Positions 1 to 10,295 of a DNA stretch of 64,000 bases are shown piece by piece (positions within the stretch are counted from its first letter, which is position 1; each line of letters begins with the position of its first letter). Location of the stretch: positions 1 to 64,000 of IMG/VR virus record IMGVR_UViG_3300045971_000431. The stretch is one strand, 5' to 3'. Below the pieces are notes generated by a model, which saw nothing but the letters and a program-made list of their open reading frames with translations, made no database searches and was not told the DNA's origin. Source of the DNA: a virus. The translations under genes and the position numbers were made by a program.

Positions 1-159
1 ATTGAAGATGATGGCATACTCGTAGGCGGCCAGCGCATCCATCACTTGTGCCTGCCAGTCGGCAGCCTTGCCCATCTCAATGGAGCCGGCCAAGAAGAGC
101 AGCACAGCTTCCCTGTCGAAATCGTCAGGCACGTGTTCAGGTGCAGTGTAGACCTTCAT
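1..159 (-). CDS. Nucleoside 2-deoxyribosyltransferase-like protein (truncated by window edge)
   Basis: Manual translation MKVYTAPEHVPDDFDREAVLFLAGSIEMGKAADWQ...; FLAGSI..G...WQ motif of the Nuc_deoxyri_tr2 family. Confidence 0.7.
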   Translation of the reverse strand, partial: MKVYTAPEHVPDDFDREAVLLFLAGSIEMGKAADWQAQVMDALAAYEYAIIFN

Positions 160-160
160 G

Positions 161-1288
161 TCACTTCCTCCGGTAGTTGTTCGTCGTACGTGGGTAGAAA
201 CTCTGGCCGTTGGCGAACCACACGCCTGCGATGCCACCGATGATGATGAAGGCGCCCAGCGCAGCGAGCAACCACGTCGGCGGGTCGATCTCATTCGAGA
301 GGTACTTGAACTCCTTCATGTGGCGCCGCTCGAAGTTCGTGTCGATCTGCGCCGCCAAGATGCCTAGGATCGGGTCCCTCTGGATCTGGCCGAGTGCCAT
401 CACGTTGTCGCGCAGCTGCACCTTGAAGAGCTCGCGCTTCGTCCAGCTGATGACATCCACGAAGTCGATCTTGGGCCATGCTGCAGAGCCGATCACAAGC
501 ACGACGTCATTCTTGTTCGCGCCTTCCCATGCATCTTGCAGGGCATACACGTAATTCGCATCAGCCGTCTTGGCAACCACCACGATCACGTTCACCTGCT
601 TCGTCGGCCCGCGGTCCTTGAGCAACTCGCTGATGCCAGCATTCCAAGCAGGTGCATCGGGGGAGTTGTAGCCAGGAGTCAGGAAGCGGTTGAGCTTGTA
701 GTAGTCGAACACTTGATCGGGGTATGCAGGAACCAGCGAGGCGAACTGCGCCTTCAGCGAGGCCGATGACGGTTTGAACAAGCTCTCAGGTACCGCTTGT
801 ACGTAGTTCGTGTAGGAGTGGGTGCGAGCCACAGGATCGCCAGGCTTGATGATCGTCCAGCGCTGTGGGTTCGGGAGCATGTACACCGAGCTCGAGGTCC
901 AGTCCTTGCTGTCGATCGTGTACTTGCCGACGGTGGAGGCACAGTCCCAGTTCACCGTGTAGTGGTCCTCGGTGCAGGTCTGGCAGGTCTTCGTGCATGA
1001 TCGTTGTGCACCAGTGCCCGAACAACTCTCGGTGCAGTTGCATTCGTAGGTGCGAACATACGAGCCATGGACTCGGTCCTTGCTGGTGATCTTGCCGTTC
1101 CAGATCTCGGTGTCGGACGTTGCCAACCCATGCGAAGCCGCAAACACGATCACCGTGGCAATCACCCCGCCCAGGAACACAGCGCCGCCGGCGATCTGCG
1201 CTTCACGTCGCTGATAGCCGGCAAAGATGAGGGTGAGAACGCCCGCGAACAGCGGGACGATCATGTAGAGGATGAGTGTGGTGTTCAT
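161..1288 (-). CDS. Conserved phage membrane protein with Cys-rich extracytoplasmic region
   Basis: Two N-terminal TM helices, Cys-rich segment, C-terminal TM helix; start reassigned to MNTTLILY. Confidence 0.7.
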   Translation of the reverse strand: MNTTLILYMIVPLFAGVLTLIFAGYQRREAQIAGGAVFLGGVIATVIVFAASHGLATSDTEIWNGKITSKDRVHGSYVRTYECNCTESCSGTGAQRSCTKTCQTCTEDHYTVNWDCASTVGKYTIDSKDWTSSSVYMLPNPQRWTIIKPGDPVARTHSYTNYVQAVPESLFKPSSASLKAQFASLVPAYPDQVFDYYKLNRFLTPGYNSPDAPAWNAGISELLKDRGPTKQVNVIVVVAKTADANYVYALQDAWEGANKNDVVLVIGSAAWPKIDFVDVISWTKRELFKVQLRDNVMALGQIQRDPILGILAAQIDTNFERRHMKEFKYLSNEIDPPTWLLAALGAFIIIGGIAGVWFANGQSFYPRTTNNYRRK

Positions 1289-1289
1289 G

Positions 1290-1412
1290 TCAGTCTTGAC
1301 GAGGTTGTCCTGGCCGCGCCGCCGCACCATCATTGGCGCCCCGCCAGATCAGCACGAAGGCGTACAGAAGGCCGAGGCAGTAAATGCCTGCGACGATGTG
1401 GGTGGGGTTCAT
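1290..1412 (-). CDS. Small membrane protein (40 aa)
   Basis: Manual translation MNPTHIVAGIYCLGLLYAFVLIWRG...; fills gap in operon. Confidence 0.5.
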   Translation of the reverse strand: MNPTHIVAGIYCLGLLYAFVLIWRGANDGAAARPGQPRQD

Positions 1413-1539
1413 GTGGTCTCCGATCAAGCGCGTGGAGCGCGCTTCAGCTGGTGATCGCCGAAGTCGTTCTCGATGTTGGCTTGGAGAACGATCATCGAGA
1501 AGGTGTAAACGTTCGCGTAGAACAGCCAGATGCCGAAGA

Positions 1540-1758
1540 TCATACGGTTCTCCCGAGCTTCTTGTCGATGGCCTTGATCTTCTTGGCCAGTGCGAGGAGG
1601 TCTTCTTGACGGCCGATCTGCGCAGACTGGGTCTTCGAGCGAAGCGGCTGCATGGACAGCACCTCGATTTCGGTCACGATCGTGGCGCGCTGTGCGAGCA
1701 GTTTCTCGCGAGCATCACCAGCAACACGGCCTTCGGTTTGGTCTGCATGCCAGGTCAT
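1540..1758 (-). CDS. Hypothetical protein
   Basis: ORF directly downstream of an early-type promoter (~1785-1815). Confidence 0.55.
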   Translation of the reverse strand: MTWHADQTEGRVAGDAREKLLAQRATIVTEIEVLSMQPLRSKTQSAQIGRQEDLLALAKKIKAIDKKLGRTV

Positions 1759-1814
1759 GATGATCCTTAAGAGTTGATAAGGCTATTCTATCACAACCAT
1801 GGAGGTTGTACACA

Positions 1815-2090
1815 TCAAATTGCAGCGAGTTCAGCCTCGAACATCTGCGACATGGCTTCACCCCAGAACTCACACGGATCGCCCGTACGGCCCTTCTTCG
1901 TACCGTACGGCATATCTTCGAAGAAGTAGTTGTAGAGGAAGTCCTCGGCGATGGCGCGCTCGTTGTGCGTCATGTTCTCGCCAGTGACCTCGAGAGCAAC
2001 CAAGCGGGCAAGCTCTTCGTCGAGAACGTAGCCGAGGGCCTTAGCGCCAGGTTGCATTTCCAGCAGAATGGCAGCGATGAGATTATCCAT
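1815..2090 (-). CDS. Hypothetical protein
   Basis: ORF downstream of TATAAT at ~2123-2128. Confidence 0.6.
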   Translation of the reverse strand: MDNLIAAILLEMQPGAKALGYVLDEELARLVALEVTGENMTHNERAIAEDFLYNYFFEDMPYGTKKGRTGDPCEFWGEAMSQMFEAELAAI

Positions 2091-2212
2091 GAAATTTCCA
2101 GTTGATGAGGATGATGATCCCCATTATACACCAAAACACGATCTCGCCCACAGCACGATGAGCGGTTGGTTTGCCAGCCAACCGCCACATGTGATCGAGA
2201 GGTTTCACACCG

Positions 2213-3553
2213 TCAGTCCTTTTCCTTGGCCAGGAACACGTCGTTGATGGCCTTGAAGCTGAAGCCACCATCGAAGCGCTTGAACACGACACCTTCACGG
2301 ATCAGGTGCTTGATGCTCGGGCCTTCGGCGAAGTCGAGCAGATCGCCCACATCCGTGAAAGCAAGCTCTTTCAGCGTCCAGCCGATTTGGTCAGCAGCGT
2401 TGGTCTCGTCGACGAAACCGCGCGCGGTGTACGTCGGCACATGGCCGACCATCTGACGATCGACACCCAACTCGTAGAGGCGGCCAACGATGTCCTTGCG
2501 TTCGCGCGGGGTCAGGAAGCTCGAAGTGGCCAGATCCTGGATGTCGAAGATGAACAGCTTGAACTGCTTGAGCTCTTCACGGTTGCCTTGGATGTTCGGG
2601 CCCATCAGCTCGCCTTGCACGGCCAGTTGGATGCCTTCGAGGTTGCACAGTTCCTGCAGCGCACGCAGCAGACCGCTGTCGACTGCCATCTTGACGAAGC
2701 TGTTGCCGGCGTTCTCTTCATTGACCTTCAGCTGCAGGTTTCGGCTGCACACGCCGCTCTCGAACTCGGGCCCGTTCTTGCGGGCGAAGGCGGTCATGCT
2801 GCTGCCGTCGAGCTTCATCGTGATCTCGTACAGCGCCTTCGGGTCGGCCTTGGCACGCAGCGTCTTCATCCACTTGCCACCGAGACCATCGCCGACCCAC
2901 TCGAGGATACCCTTCTCCTGCAGAGCGACCAGCGCCTCGGGCAGCAGAGGAGTGACATCGAACGGCACCAAGCGGTCCTCGTAGCTGAAGATCTCGGCTG
3001 CCAGGTTCTGGCAGCGTTCCTGGTCGGTCTTCTGGATGAAGCTCGGGAACAGACCTTCAGCTTGGCCGGCCAAGCAGGCGGGCAGCGCCGCTTCCCACTT
3101 GACGATGCCCATGTACGGGGCCAGATCGTGGTCGCGCAGTACGAACTCGATACCTTCAGCCTTGCAGTCGGCTTCGAGGTTCATGATGACGGCGCCGAGG
3201 CTGTCACTCATGCCGTTACCGAGATCTTCGGGCTTCAGCACCAGGCCTTGGCTGACTTGGCCGCGCAGCTTGATGGTGCGCAGCTTGTGGCCCTTGACGC
3301 CTTCGAAGATGCGTGGGCTCTTGTCGATCAGGAACTGCCAGGCAGGGTTGCCTTCGGGCAGGAAACTGTCGATCTCGAAGTAGACGCACTGGTCGCCCAC
3401 GTTGAACTCGCCCTTCTTCACGACGACCTTCCAGCCCTCGACAGTGGCGACGACGATGGCATCAGCACCCGCGATGGGGTTGATGTCACTGATGGTCCGG
3501 ACGGTGACCAGCTTGCGCTTGTTGGCGCTGACGTCCACGATTTCAGCAGTCAT
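2213..3553 (-). CDS. RNA ligase, DRB0094/Rnl5 family
   Basis: N-terminal RKLVTVRTI..INPIAGADAI OB module; motifs KLDGSS, QGELMG, FIFDI, EGVVFK, SFKAIN; start at MTAEIV. Confidence 0.9.
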   Translation of the reverse strand: MTAEIVDVSANKRKLVTVRTISDINPIAGADAIVVATVEGWKVVVKKGEFNVGDQCVYFEIDSFLPEGNPAWQFLIDKSPRIFEGVKGHKLRTIKLRGQVSQGLVLKPEDLGNGMSDSLGAVIMNLEADCKAEGIEFVLRDHDLAPYMGIVKWEAALPACLAGQAEGLFPSFIQKTDQERCQNLAAEIFSYEDRLVPFDVTPLLPEALVALQEKGILEWVGDGLGGKWMKTLRAKADPKALYEITMKLDGSSMTAFARKNGPEFESGVCSRNLQLKVNEENAGNSFVKMAVDSGLLRALQELCNLEGIQLAVQGELMGPNIQGNREELKQFKLFIFDIQDLATSSFLTPRERKDIVGRLYELGVDRQMVGHVPTYTARGFVDETNAADQIGWTLKELAFTDVGDLLDFAEGPSIKHLIREGVVFKRFDGGFSFKAINDVFLAKEKD

Positions 3554-3576
3554 GTGTTCTCCTTGCAGATGACCCA

Positions 3577-3930
3577 TTATACACCAACCTGAGGGTCTTG
3601 TGTAGGTTCTTGTGTAACAGTTTTGGGTTGACCATCGGGTGTAAGTGTCCGGGAGGCCAGCAGCCACTCGATGTTTGACCAGATCGACTTGCCGTTCTTG
3701 GTGAAGGCAACCCAGTTACCGAGCGAGCTTAGCTTGCCGTATGGCGCCTCGTCAGTCCGGCGCAGCAGATGCACCTCATCGCCCGGTTTGTAGATGTTTC
3801 CAGGCGCGAAGCCGGGCAAGCCCCAGTGCTCAGTGAAGATGAGGATGTCACCCTCTTCGGGCATCACCTCAGGCCGCTCCACCTCCAACGGGGTTTTGCC
3901 TTCGATGTGAATGAGGTAGTAGTCGTTCAC
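3577..3930 (-). CDS. Hypothetical protein
   Basis: ORF coupled to upstream HNH gene. Confidence 0.55.
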   Translation of the reverse strand: MNDYYLIHIEGKTPLEVERPEVMPEEGDILIFTEHWGLPGFAPGNIYKPGDEVHLLRRTDEAPYGKLSSLGNWVAFTKNGKSIWSNIEWLLASRTLTPDGQPKTVTQEPTQDPQVGV

Positions 3931-4463
3931 AGGTAGCCCATCTGAATGTACGGCTTCAAGGCAGCAATGATCTCGTTCACGTTCTCACGGTGGATCTGCT
4001 TGACATGCCGCCTGACGGACTCGATGCCCTTCTTCACACGGTGATTGTCGATCAGTTCAGGGTGAGTCTTCGCAAAAGCGATGTCCTCGTCAGTGATGAT
4101 GTTGCCGCGTTCGCCATTGCAGTCAGTGCACCCAGGCCGGAGGTTCGCGACCGCATCAACCCCACCAAGGCTCTTCGGGATGATGTGGTCGCGGGTCATC
4201 AGCACTACACCCTGCGGGGTGGAGGCATACAGGTTGCAGTCTGGTGCACCGATGAGATCCTTCGGGTGCTTCTCGACGATCCACTGATCAGCTTCGGCGC
4301 CGCAACACCAACACTTGATGGGCTGCCCGCGCATATGACTGAAGAGGGCCCAACCATTGGGGCGAGCCACACGACGACCACGAACCAATCGCTGTTGCTT
4401 GTCAGAAGGTGCGAGCGCCTCGAAGCCAGTCTCGAGGTCAACGCCCGTGAAGTAGATGTGCAT
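3927..4463 (-). CDS. HNH endonuclease
   Basis: CWCCG...TRDHIIPKSLGG...NLRPGCTDCN HNH motif. Confidence 0.85.
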   Translation of the reverse strand: MHIYFTGVDLETGFEALAPSDKQQRLVRGRRVARPNGWALFSHMRGQPIKCWCCGAEADQWIVEKHPKDLIGAPDCNLYASTPQGVVLMTRDHIIPKSLGGVDAVANLRPGCTDCNGERGNIITDEDIAFAKTHPELIDNHRVKKGIESVRRHVKQIHRENVNEIIAALKPYIQMGYL

Positions 4464-4465
4464 GA

Positions 4466-4792
4466 TCAGATCCGCTTGACGCGTCCGTGTTGGCGCGAGG
4501 TGCGATGCTCGTCAGTGTCCAGGACTGTCACGACCGTGTTGTCAACGATCACGAATAGGACGTTCTTGTACTCCTTGAAGCGGAGTTGAGCGTCGAAGCC
4601 GTGACGTTCACGGAGGCGGTCCATGAAGAGGGTGTCGTTCAGGTGGCGGTTGGTCCACGTTGCTTCGTCGAACAGCGCGTAGCACGAGCGAATGAACTCG
4701 ATATGGTTCGTGTAGTGCAGCAGATGCTTGTCATGCCGTTCACGCAGACGATCCTTGGCATGTTGCGACAACAACAGGGTGCGAGTGCCCAT
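4466..4792 (-). CDS. Hypothetical protein (HA..R..ER motif, small RelE-like fold possible)
   Basis: SQHAKDRLRER...FVIVDNTVVTVL pattern. Confidence 0.55.
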   Translation of the reverse strand: MGTRTLLLSQHAKDRLRERHDKHLLHYTNHIEFIRSCYALFDEATWTNRHLNDTLFMDRLRERHGFDAQLRFKEYKNVLFVIVDNTVVTVLDTDEHRTSRQHGRVKRI

Positions 4793-4794
4793 GA

Positions 4795-5193
4795 TCAGAC
4801 TCCACCCTTCAGGATGATGCCCTCGTGTTGGTAGGTCAGCAACCGCTGGCTATCGGGGGTGGCTGCCTTCTCGGCGAGGACACGACGGATCTCAAGGTCG
4901 AAGCGTTCGAGGTCGAGACGGGTCGAGGTGCCGCGGGCGCCAAGGTCAGTGGGCTTGAACTCTTCGGGTGCAAGGCTGCAACGGAAGCACTCGACGACCG
5001 AGGCATCTTCCAGGAAGGTGAAGCCGGGGCGGCCCGTCTGCTCGTGTACGACGATGCCAGTGACGGTGTTGACCTTCAGCCCGCTCTTGAAAGGCTTAGG
5101 CTGGAACTTCGTGGTTGTCTTGGGGTTCTTCCAGACCTGCTTGCCGATCATGGCTTGCCAGGTTTGGGTGTCTTCTTCGGTGAAGTTGCGCAC
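4795..5193 (-). CDS. Hypothetical protein
   Basis: Operon-fitting ORF. Confidence 0.6.
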   Translation of the reverse strand: MRNFTEEDTQTWQAMIGKQVWKNPKTTTKFQPKPFKSGLKVNTVTGIVVHEQTGRPGFTFLEDASVVECFRCSLAPEEFKPTDLGARGTSTRLDLERFDLEIRRVLAEKAATPDSQRLLTYQHEGIILKGGV

Positions 5194-5210
5194 TTCGTAC
5201 TCCTTGGGGG

Positions 5211-5585
5211 TTATTCGGGGATGTTGACGCGGTAGAGAAGGGGGTGGACCTTGGTGACTTCGACGCGGTGGAGAACACCAGCAGAGACCATCTCAGTGGG
5301 GCTCCAGTTGCCGTTGCTGTAGACGATGCAGTAGAACGGGGAGCGAGTAGCAAGATCGATCTTGACCAGCTTGCCAAGCCGAACGCCCTTGCGGAAGATT
5401 TCGACGACAGCGGCCTTGGACCAATTGGCGATGATGTTGATGATGATCGGGTGGTCGAAGTCGCGCCAGCTGCCAGCGCGCGCGAGGAGAGCGGGAGGAG
5501 GCGTGATGGCGTGGGCTTCCAAGGCCTCGATCTGCGCGTCGAGGTCCTTCAGAGTGAAAACCTTGGTGAGGTATACGGTGTCCAT
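5211..5585 (-). CDS. Hypothetical early protein (probably leaderless)
   Basis: ATG 6 nt after TATAAT. Confidence 0.6.
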   Translation of the reverse strand: MDTVYLTKVFTLKDLDAQIEALEAHAITPPPALLARAGSWRDFDHPIIINIIANWSKAAVVEIFRKGVRLGKLVKIDLATRSPFYCIVYSNGNWSPTEMVSAGVLHRVEVTKVHPLLYRVNIPE

Positions 5586-5591
5586 GATGCT

Positions 5592-5636
5592 ATTATACAT
5601 CAAGACATGCTGTCGTACACATCAAGATTGTAACAG
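5592..5636 (-). promoter_or_regulatory. Early-type promoter element
   Basis: CTGTTAC...GTGTAC-N17-TATAAT, repeated many times in window. Confidence 0.8.
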
Positions 5637-6050
5637 TTAAGGACCGACTACAGTCCTTCGGAGCTTCTGGAAGATGAGAATGTTACAAGCCCGAGCATGC
5701 GCTTCGAAGGCCATGTCAGGTGTCTCGACGAGAATGTCGCCATAGCGGAAGCAGGCCCGCCAACCGATCTGTGAAGGACCATTGATGCCAGGTGCCCACA
5801 CTCCCGGGTGGATGCCAAGCTTCTCTTCTAGCGTCGCCAGCTCAGTGAGATTGGACAAGTAGTTGGTGAATGGTCTGAGATGTGAACCGCACGAGGTCTG
5901 GAAAAACTCGACGAGCTTGTTCGCCTTGGCAAACCTACTCCACTCATCCATGACTGAAGTGGTACAGAACGTCACAAGTTCTTGTGGCGTAGGATCAGGC
6001 GCTTTCTTGCGGAAGTCAGCGATGTTGACGACGTTGTCAGTCACCTGCAA
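5637..6050 (-). CDS. Hypothetical protein
   Basis: Operon-fitting ORF. Confidence 0.6.
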   Translation of the reverse strand: MQVTDNVVNIADFRKKAPDPTPQELVTFCTTSVMDEWSRFAKANKLVEFFQTSCGSHLRPFTNYLSNLTELATLEEKLGIHPGVWAPGINGPSQIGWRACFRYGDILVETPDMAFEAHARACNILIFQKLRRTVVGP

Positions 6051-6339
6051 GCACCTCGGCGATGGACCAACCTCTCGGCCAAAGCGTCCACCCCCACTGT
6101 GTCAAGATCCATGCTGTTTCGAGCGAGAACCAGATGTAGAGGTTCTCGGGGTTCCGGTAGAACACCAACGGAGCAAGGACTGGATGGTCCTTGCTCGAGA
6201 AGACTTCGACCGCGTTGAACTTCATCAGATCAAGACCCATACGCCTTCATTGAGAACACGATGCTCATCCTTCGAGTTGGTCCAGAAGTGGACCTCATCG
6301 TTGCGTGGTGGATGCAGCGGCTTCGGTTCAGCGTCACCG

Positions 6340-7284
6340 CTATACATCACGAACTTCGGATTCTTCTGTGGTTCCAGGATTGAGTTGTCTGCCATTTTGA
6401 ATGTCTCCTATGTTGACAAATAGGCCCTTGGCCCGAACGAACTTCTTCCCCTCTGGAGTCTCGTATGGTTCCATGAAGGTGTTGAATTTGGTGTTCCACT
6501 CGCCACGATACCCACACGGGTTGCAGATGATGCGGGTCTCCCAGAGCTTCGTGTCGATCGTGTCGTGGGTGTGCCCGTGGATCCAAAGATCAGGCGCGTG
6601 GTCATATGCGAGAATGCTGTCGCAGTCACCAACAAACCCACCATTTGCGCCGTCTGAACCATCGCGCTCAAGGAACCGTTCAGACACGAGACGGCGAGAA
6701 GGTAAATGATGAGTGATCACGACGGTCTTACCACTGAACCGCATCTTCAGGTACTCGTCAATCGTCGCCTTCTGTTCCTGGTAAATCCGCTTCATGTCCT
6801 GAACGGTGAACCGAAGCTTCGCACTGCCGCGAGAAGTCTCGCCATTCGAGATCAGACGGAAGTCGTTCAGGTAGAACCCGACCTTGCCTTCATCGCCGAG
6901 TGTAGGGCCACCATCACCCCACAACGTGCCGTAGATGAAACGAACGTCTTCGATCTCCACGTACCCAACAGCGCCCAGCGCGTAGATCAGACCGGGGCAG
7001 TACCGCTGGAAGCGATCAGACATCTCACTGTTCCACGCCTTGTAGTCGTGCTTGTAATACTCATGGTTGCCCGCTATGAAGATCACTTGTGGGAACCGTT
7101 GCAGACAGACCTGCAAGAACCCGACGAGCTGGTCCGGTGCCGACGAGATGTCGCCAGCTAGAACGAGGATCGACTCAGGGTCGCGGTCATCGCGAGGCAA
7201 GAAGTCGATCGCCAGCGTTTCGGGATTTCGTTGAACGAAGCCCTCGAGGTGCAGGTCAGAAGCGATGCGGATGTACTTGATCAT
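6340..7284 (-). CDS. Calcineurin-like metallophosphoesterase
   Basis: SDLHLE, LAGDI, GNHEYY, HHLP, HGHTH motifs. Confidence 0.9.
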   Translation of the reverse strand: MIKYIRIASDLHLEGFVQRNPETLAIDFLPRDDRDPESILVLAGDISSAPDQLVGFLQVCLQRFPQVIFIAGNHEYYKHDYKAWNSEMSDRFQRYCPGLIYALGAVGYVEIEDVRFIYGTLWGDGGPTLGDEGKVGFYLNDFRLISNGETSRGSAKLRFTVQDMKRIYQEQKATIDEYLKMRFSGKTVVITHHLPSRRLVSERFLERDGSDGANGGFVGDCDSILAYDHAPDLWIHGHTHDTIDTKLWETRIICNPCGYRGEWNTKFNTFMEPYETPEGKKFVRAKGLFVNIGDIQNGRQLNPGTTEESEVRDV

Positions 7285-7330
7285 AGCCTATTCTACACCA
7301 ATCGTGATGAGGCGGACGCAAAAATGTAGG

Positions 7331-7495
7331 TCAGCCGACCCTGCGAGTGACTTCTTGGTGGAGCTGCAGCCACGTAGAAACATGTTGCTTCAGCTCGATG
7401 ATCACGCCTGGCTGGTCCAGATGCGATGCAGTCTCAACAACGGCCCTGGCGGCGTTGCGCTGTGCTGCGTAGAGACTGAAGTCGAAAAGACGCAT
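7331..7495 (-). CDS. Small late protein (54 aa)
   Basis: Manual translation MRLFDFSLYAAQ...; GGAG RBS and TAAATA at 7520-7525 upstream. Confidence 0.55.
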   Translation of the reverse strand: MRLFDFSLYAAQRNAARAVVETASHLDQPGVIIELKQHVSTWLQLHQEVTRRVG

Positions 7496-7531
7496 GATGC
7501 TCCATGGTTATCATGAAGCTATTTACAGCCG

Positions 7532-7792
7532 TCAATCCGTCGGTACGTCTCGGTAGACCTTCAAGATGTATGCGGGGTTGCTGTACCATGTGCTGCAACT
7601 CGGCAGAAGAGAGACCTTTTCGCTGTACGCCTCAAGACTGAGACGCTCCAGGGCTGCACCCATCGTGATGCCCAGGTCTGTCAGATCGAAGAAGTAGCCG
7701 GCCGTGGCATGCTTCTTCTGTTTGAAGGTCCGCAGGATTTTCCTGGCATCCGCCATCGTCACCAGGTGTTGAACAACAAGAACCTTGGTCAT
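7532..7792 (-). CDS. Hypothetical protein
   Basis: Operon-fitting ORF. Confidence 0.55.
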   Translation of the reverse strand: MTKVLVVQHLVTMADARKILRTFKQKKHATAGYFFDLTDLGITMGAALERLSLEAYSEKVSLLPSCSTWYSNPAYILKVYRDVPTD

Positions 7793-8085
7793 ACGAAGAA
7801 CCTAACGAAAGCTGCCAGCCCTGATGCGATCATCACGGGGATGATCAGGGCCATGGCAAGGATGAGCCAACGTATGACTGTTGGCAGAGGAACCCCGTGA
7901 TCGAGGTTGTACTCCCTCTTCGGATCGACAATTCTGATGAAGATCCGTGTGAGGAACTTGTAGCTGCCCACGACCATCGCCAGGTAGATCGCGAAGGTGA
8001 TGAGCTCGAAGGTGATGTCGCTCAGTTGCACTTCGGCACCTGTGCAGCCGAAGCTGCATAAGCCGCGGACTGCGCCTTGTAGCAT
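7789..8085 (-). CDS. Membrane protein (2 TM)
   Basis: Two hydrophobic helices; start uncertain. Confidence 0.55.
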   Translation of the reverse strand: MLQGAVRGLCSFGCTGAEVQLSDITFELITFAIYLAMVVGSYKFLTRIFIRIVDPKREYNLDHGVPLPTVIRWLILAMALIIPVMIASGLAAFVRFFV

Positions 8086-8197
8086 TCAGCCTTGACGCCA
8101 TTGAAGCTGAACAGCCCGATGGAAAAGGCGGCTGAAACGCCAGCCGCAATCATGGTGCCTATCACCATCCAGGCCCCGCCCTCGTTGCATTCGATCT

Positions 8198-8470
8198 TCA
8201 TTCAGGCCTCGCGGTTTGAATTGCAGCACCCATCATGGCATCTTCGAAGAAGGCGTCGCGCACCGCCCACAGGAGATTGTCGGCGAACATCTGGACGTAT
8301 CGTTCCTTCTCTCCACGGCTGATGCCGATACGATTGCCGTTCTCGACGTACGAGCCAGTGGCCTCAGCCATGGCGTAGATGCGCGCCTTCTCGATCACGG
8401 TCGCCCAAGCACCGCCCTGAAAGCGTTGGGCTCGAAGGAGAGCCTCGAGGGTTTCGGGTGAGACGGTCAT
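8198..8470 (-). CDS. Hypothetical protein
   Basis: ORF immediately after DNA ligase. Confidence 0.6.
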   Translation of the reverse strand: MTVSPETLEALLRAQRFQGGAWATVIEKARIYAMAEATGSYVENGNRIGISRGEKERYVQMFADNLLWAVRDAFFEDAMMGAAIQTARPE

Positions 8471-8472
8471 GA

Positions 8473-9804
8473 TCAGATCTCCAGGGCCGGCACGACCTTG
8501 TCGTCTCGCAGCAGTTGCTTGATGGTCGGGAAGCGGAGCGCGTAGATCTTGGCGCCCTTGGCCAGCGACATTTCCTGGAACGTGATCACCGCGGTGGAGC
8601 CCTCGTACAAGGACCAGTTGTCGCGAATGTGGTCGCGGTCCTTGTCGCTGAAGCCGCTACCGACGTTGGTGCGGAAGGGCTTGCCTTGCTCGTCACGGCC
8701 TTCGACCGTGATACCGCCGACGGTGCCTTCCAGGCGGGACTTCTTGCGGCCGGGATACCAGGCGGTCACGCGAGCATCGACGTCGTAGAAGCGCTTGACC
8801 TTGCACCAGTCGATGGTGCGATCCCACTGGTAGACGGCTTCCCAGTTCTTGATGATCAGACCTTCCTGCTTGTGGACGTCGATCACCTCGTTGCAGTAGG
8901 CCACCATGTCGGCGTAGTCCTTGACTTCGCGACCTTTGGAGATCTCGATGCGCTTGCAGTTCGCGTGCTCGATGAGGTAGGTGAGCTTGATGCGGTTCTC
9001 GCGCATCGTGATCTTGGTCGACTGGTTCATCCAGTCGGTCAGCGGCATCAGGAAGAAGGCGCGCAGGCGGAGGGCGGCCTTGGCGGCGTCGTTGCCGGCC
9101 TTCTTGGCGTTGATGGTCTCGGTGAAGTCGGAAGCGAAGGACTCGCCGTCCATCACGAAGTCGTAGCCGAGGTTGTAGCGGATGTTCGCCAGATCTTCGT
9201 CGTAGGTGCCGACCAGGTGGTCCATCGGTTTGCCGCTGCGGGCGCGGTACTCGACCGGTTGGCCTTCGCGGACGAGGCAGATCGTGCGTTGACCGTCGTA
9301 CTTCCAGTCACCTTGGGCCGGGAAGGTGAGGCGCGCGAGGAACTCTTCCGGCTCCTCGCACTTGTCAGCGAGCATGACCTCGAAGGTCGGAATGCGGTCG
9401 TAGAGACCCGTGCCACCGTCGAAGACCTTGTTGAAGGTGTCTTCCGAGAAACCGCAGCCCTTGAGATCCTTCTCGATGACCAGCTCGAGCAGATCGGCTT
9501 CCTCAGCCGTGTAGAGGGCGAGGACGTTGGTGACGGCCTGCGATGCAGCACCACCCGTCAGCGTGCGGCTCGAGAGCGCTTGCAGCAGGTCCAAGAAGTT
9601 GCCGACACCGGCGTAGCCTGACTTCTGGTGCGTGGCCGGCTTGTTCCATTGGCGAACGCCGTAGGTCAGGTAGGGGTTCAGCGCGTGCCAGATGAGGGCC
9701 TTGGTGTCTTCGTCAGCCACGGAGAGGGCAGCCTTGATGGCGTCCTTCTTGCCGGCGCCGCCAGCAGCTTGACAGGCCTTGATGACTTGAACGAAGTTCT
9801 TCAT
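8473..9804 (-). CDS. ATP-dependent DNA ligase
   Basis: KYDGQR adenylation motif, MDGES, QEGLIIK, WCKVK, OB domain VGSGFSD...LRFP. Confidence 0.95.
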   Translation of the reverse strand: MKNFVQVIKACQAAGGAGKKDAIKAALSVADEDTKALIWHALNPYLTYGVRQWNKPATHQKSGYAGVGNFLDLLQALSSRTLTGGAASQAVTNVLALYTAEEADLLELVIEKDLKGCGFSEDTFNKVFDGGTGLYDRIPTFEVMLADKCEEPEEFLARLTFPAQGDWKYDGQRTICLVREGQPVEYRARSGKPMDHLVGTYDEDLANIRYNLGYDFVMDGESFASDFTETINAKKAGNDAAKAALRLRAFFLMPLTDWMNQSTKITMRENRIKLTYLIEHANCKRIEISKGREVKDYADMVAYCNEVIDVHKQEGLIIKNWEAVYQWDRTIDWCKVKRFYDVDARVTAWYPGRKKSRLEGTVGGITVEGRDEQGKPFRTNVGSGFSDKDRDHIRDNWSLYEGSTAVITFQEMSLAKGAKIYALRFPTIKQLLRDDKVVPALEI

Positions 9805-9868
9805 GGAATTCCTTGATGCGATGGAGCCATTATACCACACCCGCGGGTGGTGTACACAGCAAAATGCG

Positions 9869-10291
9869 TTAGAACAGCAGCTCGAGCCGGCCCGAGTTGA
9901 CGTCGTCGAGGCGCGTCCAGAAGCGGACCATCGGGCCCTTCTTCTTGCTGCCAGGTGGCTTGTTGAGGACGAAGGTGACGCTGTCGAAGTCGCCCTTACC
10001 CTTGCGCAGATAGATGCGATCGATGGTCAGGACCGAGCCCTCGGGGATCGACGCCATGGTGTGACGCAACTCGGGCCTCGGGACGTTGTTCTTGTCGGCC
10101 CAGTGCGCTTCCATCGCGGCCCTGCCGCCCTCGTACTCGTCCCAGTAACTCTCGATCTGGGTCCGATATGGTGTTCCAGTGAAGTGCTCGATGGCCCCCT
10201 CGTTCCGGGATTCCCAGTAGATCTTGACGTTCCAGATCTGACCGTCGAGGACTCGGACCTTCTGTCCGATGGTTGGCATGCAGAGGATCAT
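9869..10291 (-). CDS. Hypothetical protein
   Basis: Operon-fitting ORF. Confidence 0.6.
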   Translation of the reverse strand: MILCMPTIGQKVRVLDGQIWNVKIYWESRNEGAIEHFTGTPYRTQIESYWDEYEGGRAAMEAHWADKNNVPRPELRHTMASIPEGSVLTIDRIYLRKGKGDFDSVTFVLNKPPGSKKKGPMVRFWTRLDDVNSGRLELLF

Positions 10292-10295
10292 GATG

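Noticed and set aside
2306-3592. Long + strand ORFs antisense to real genes (also 8515-9621, 46150-47289, 60994-61893)
   Set aside because: Shadow ORFs from GC-rich codon bias; no motifs, and fully overlapping recognisable minus-strand genes
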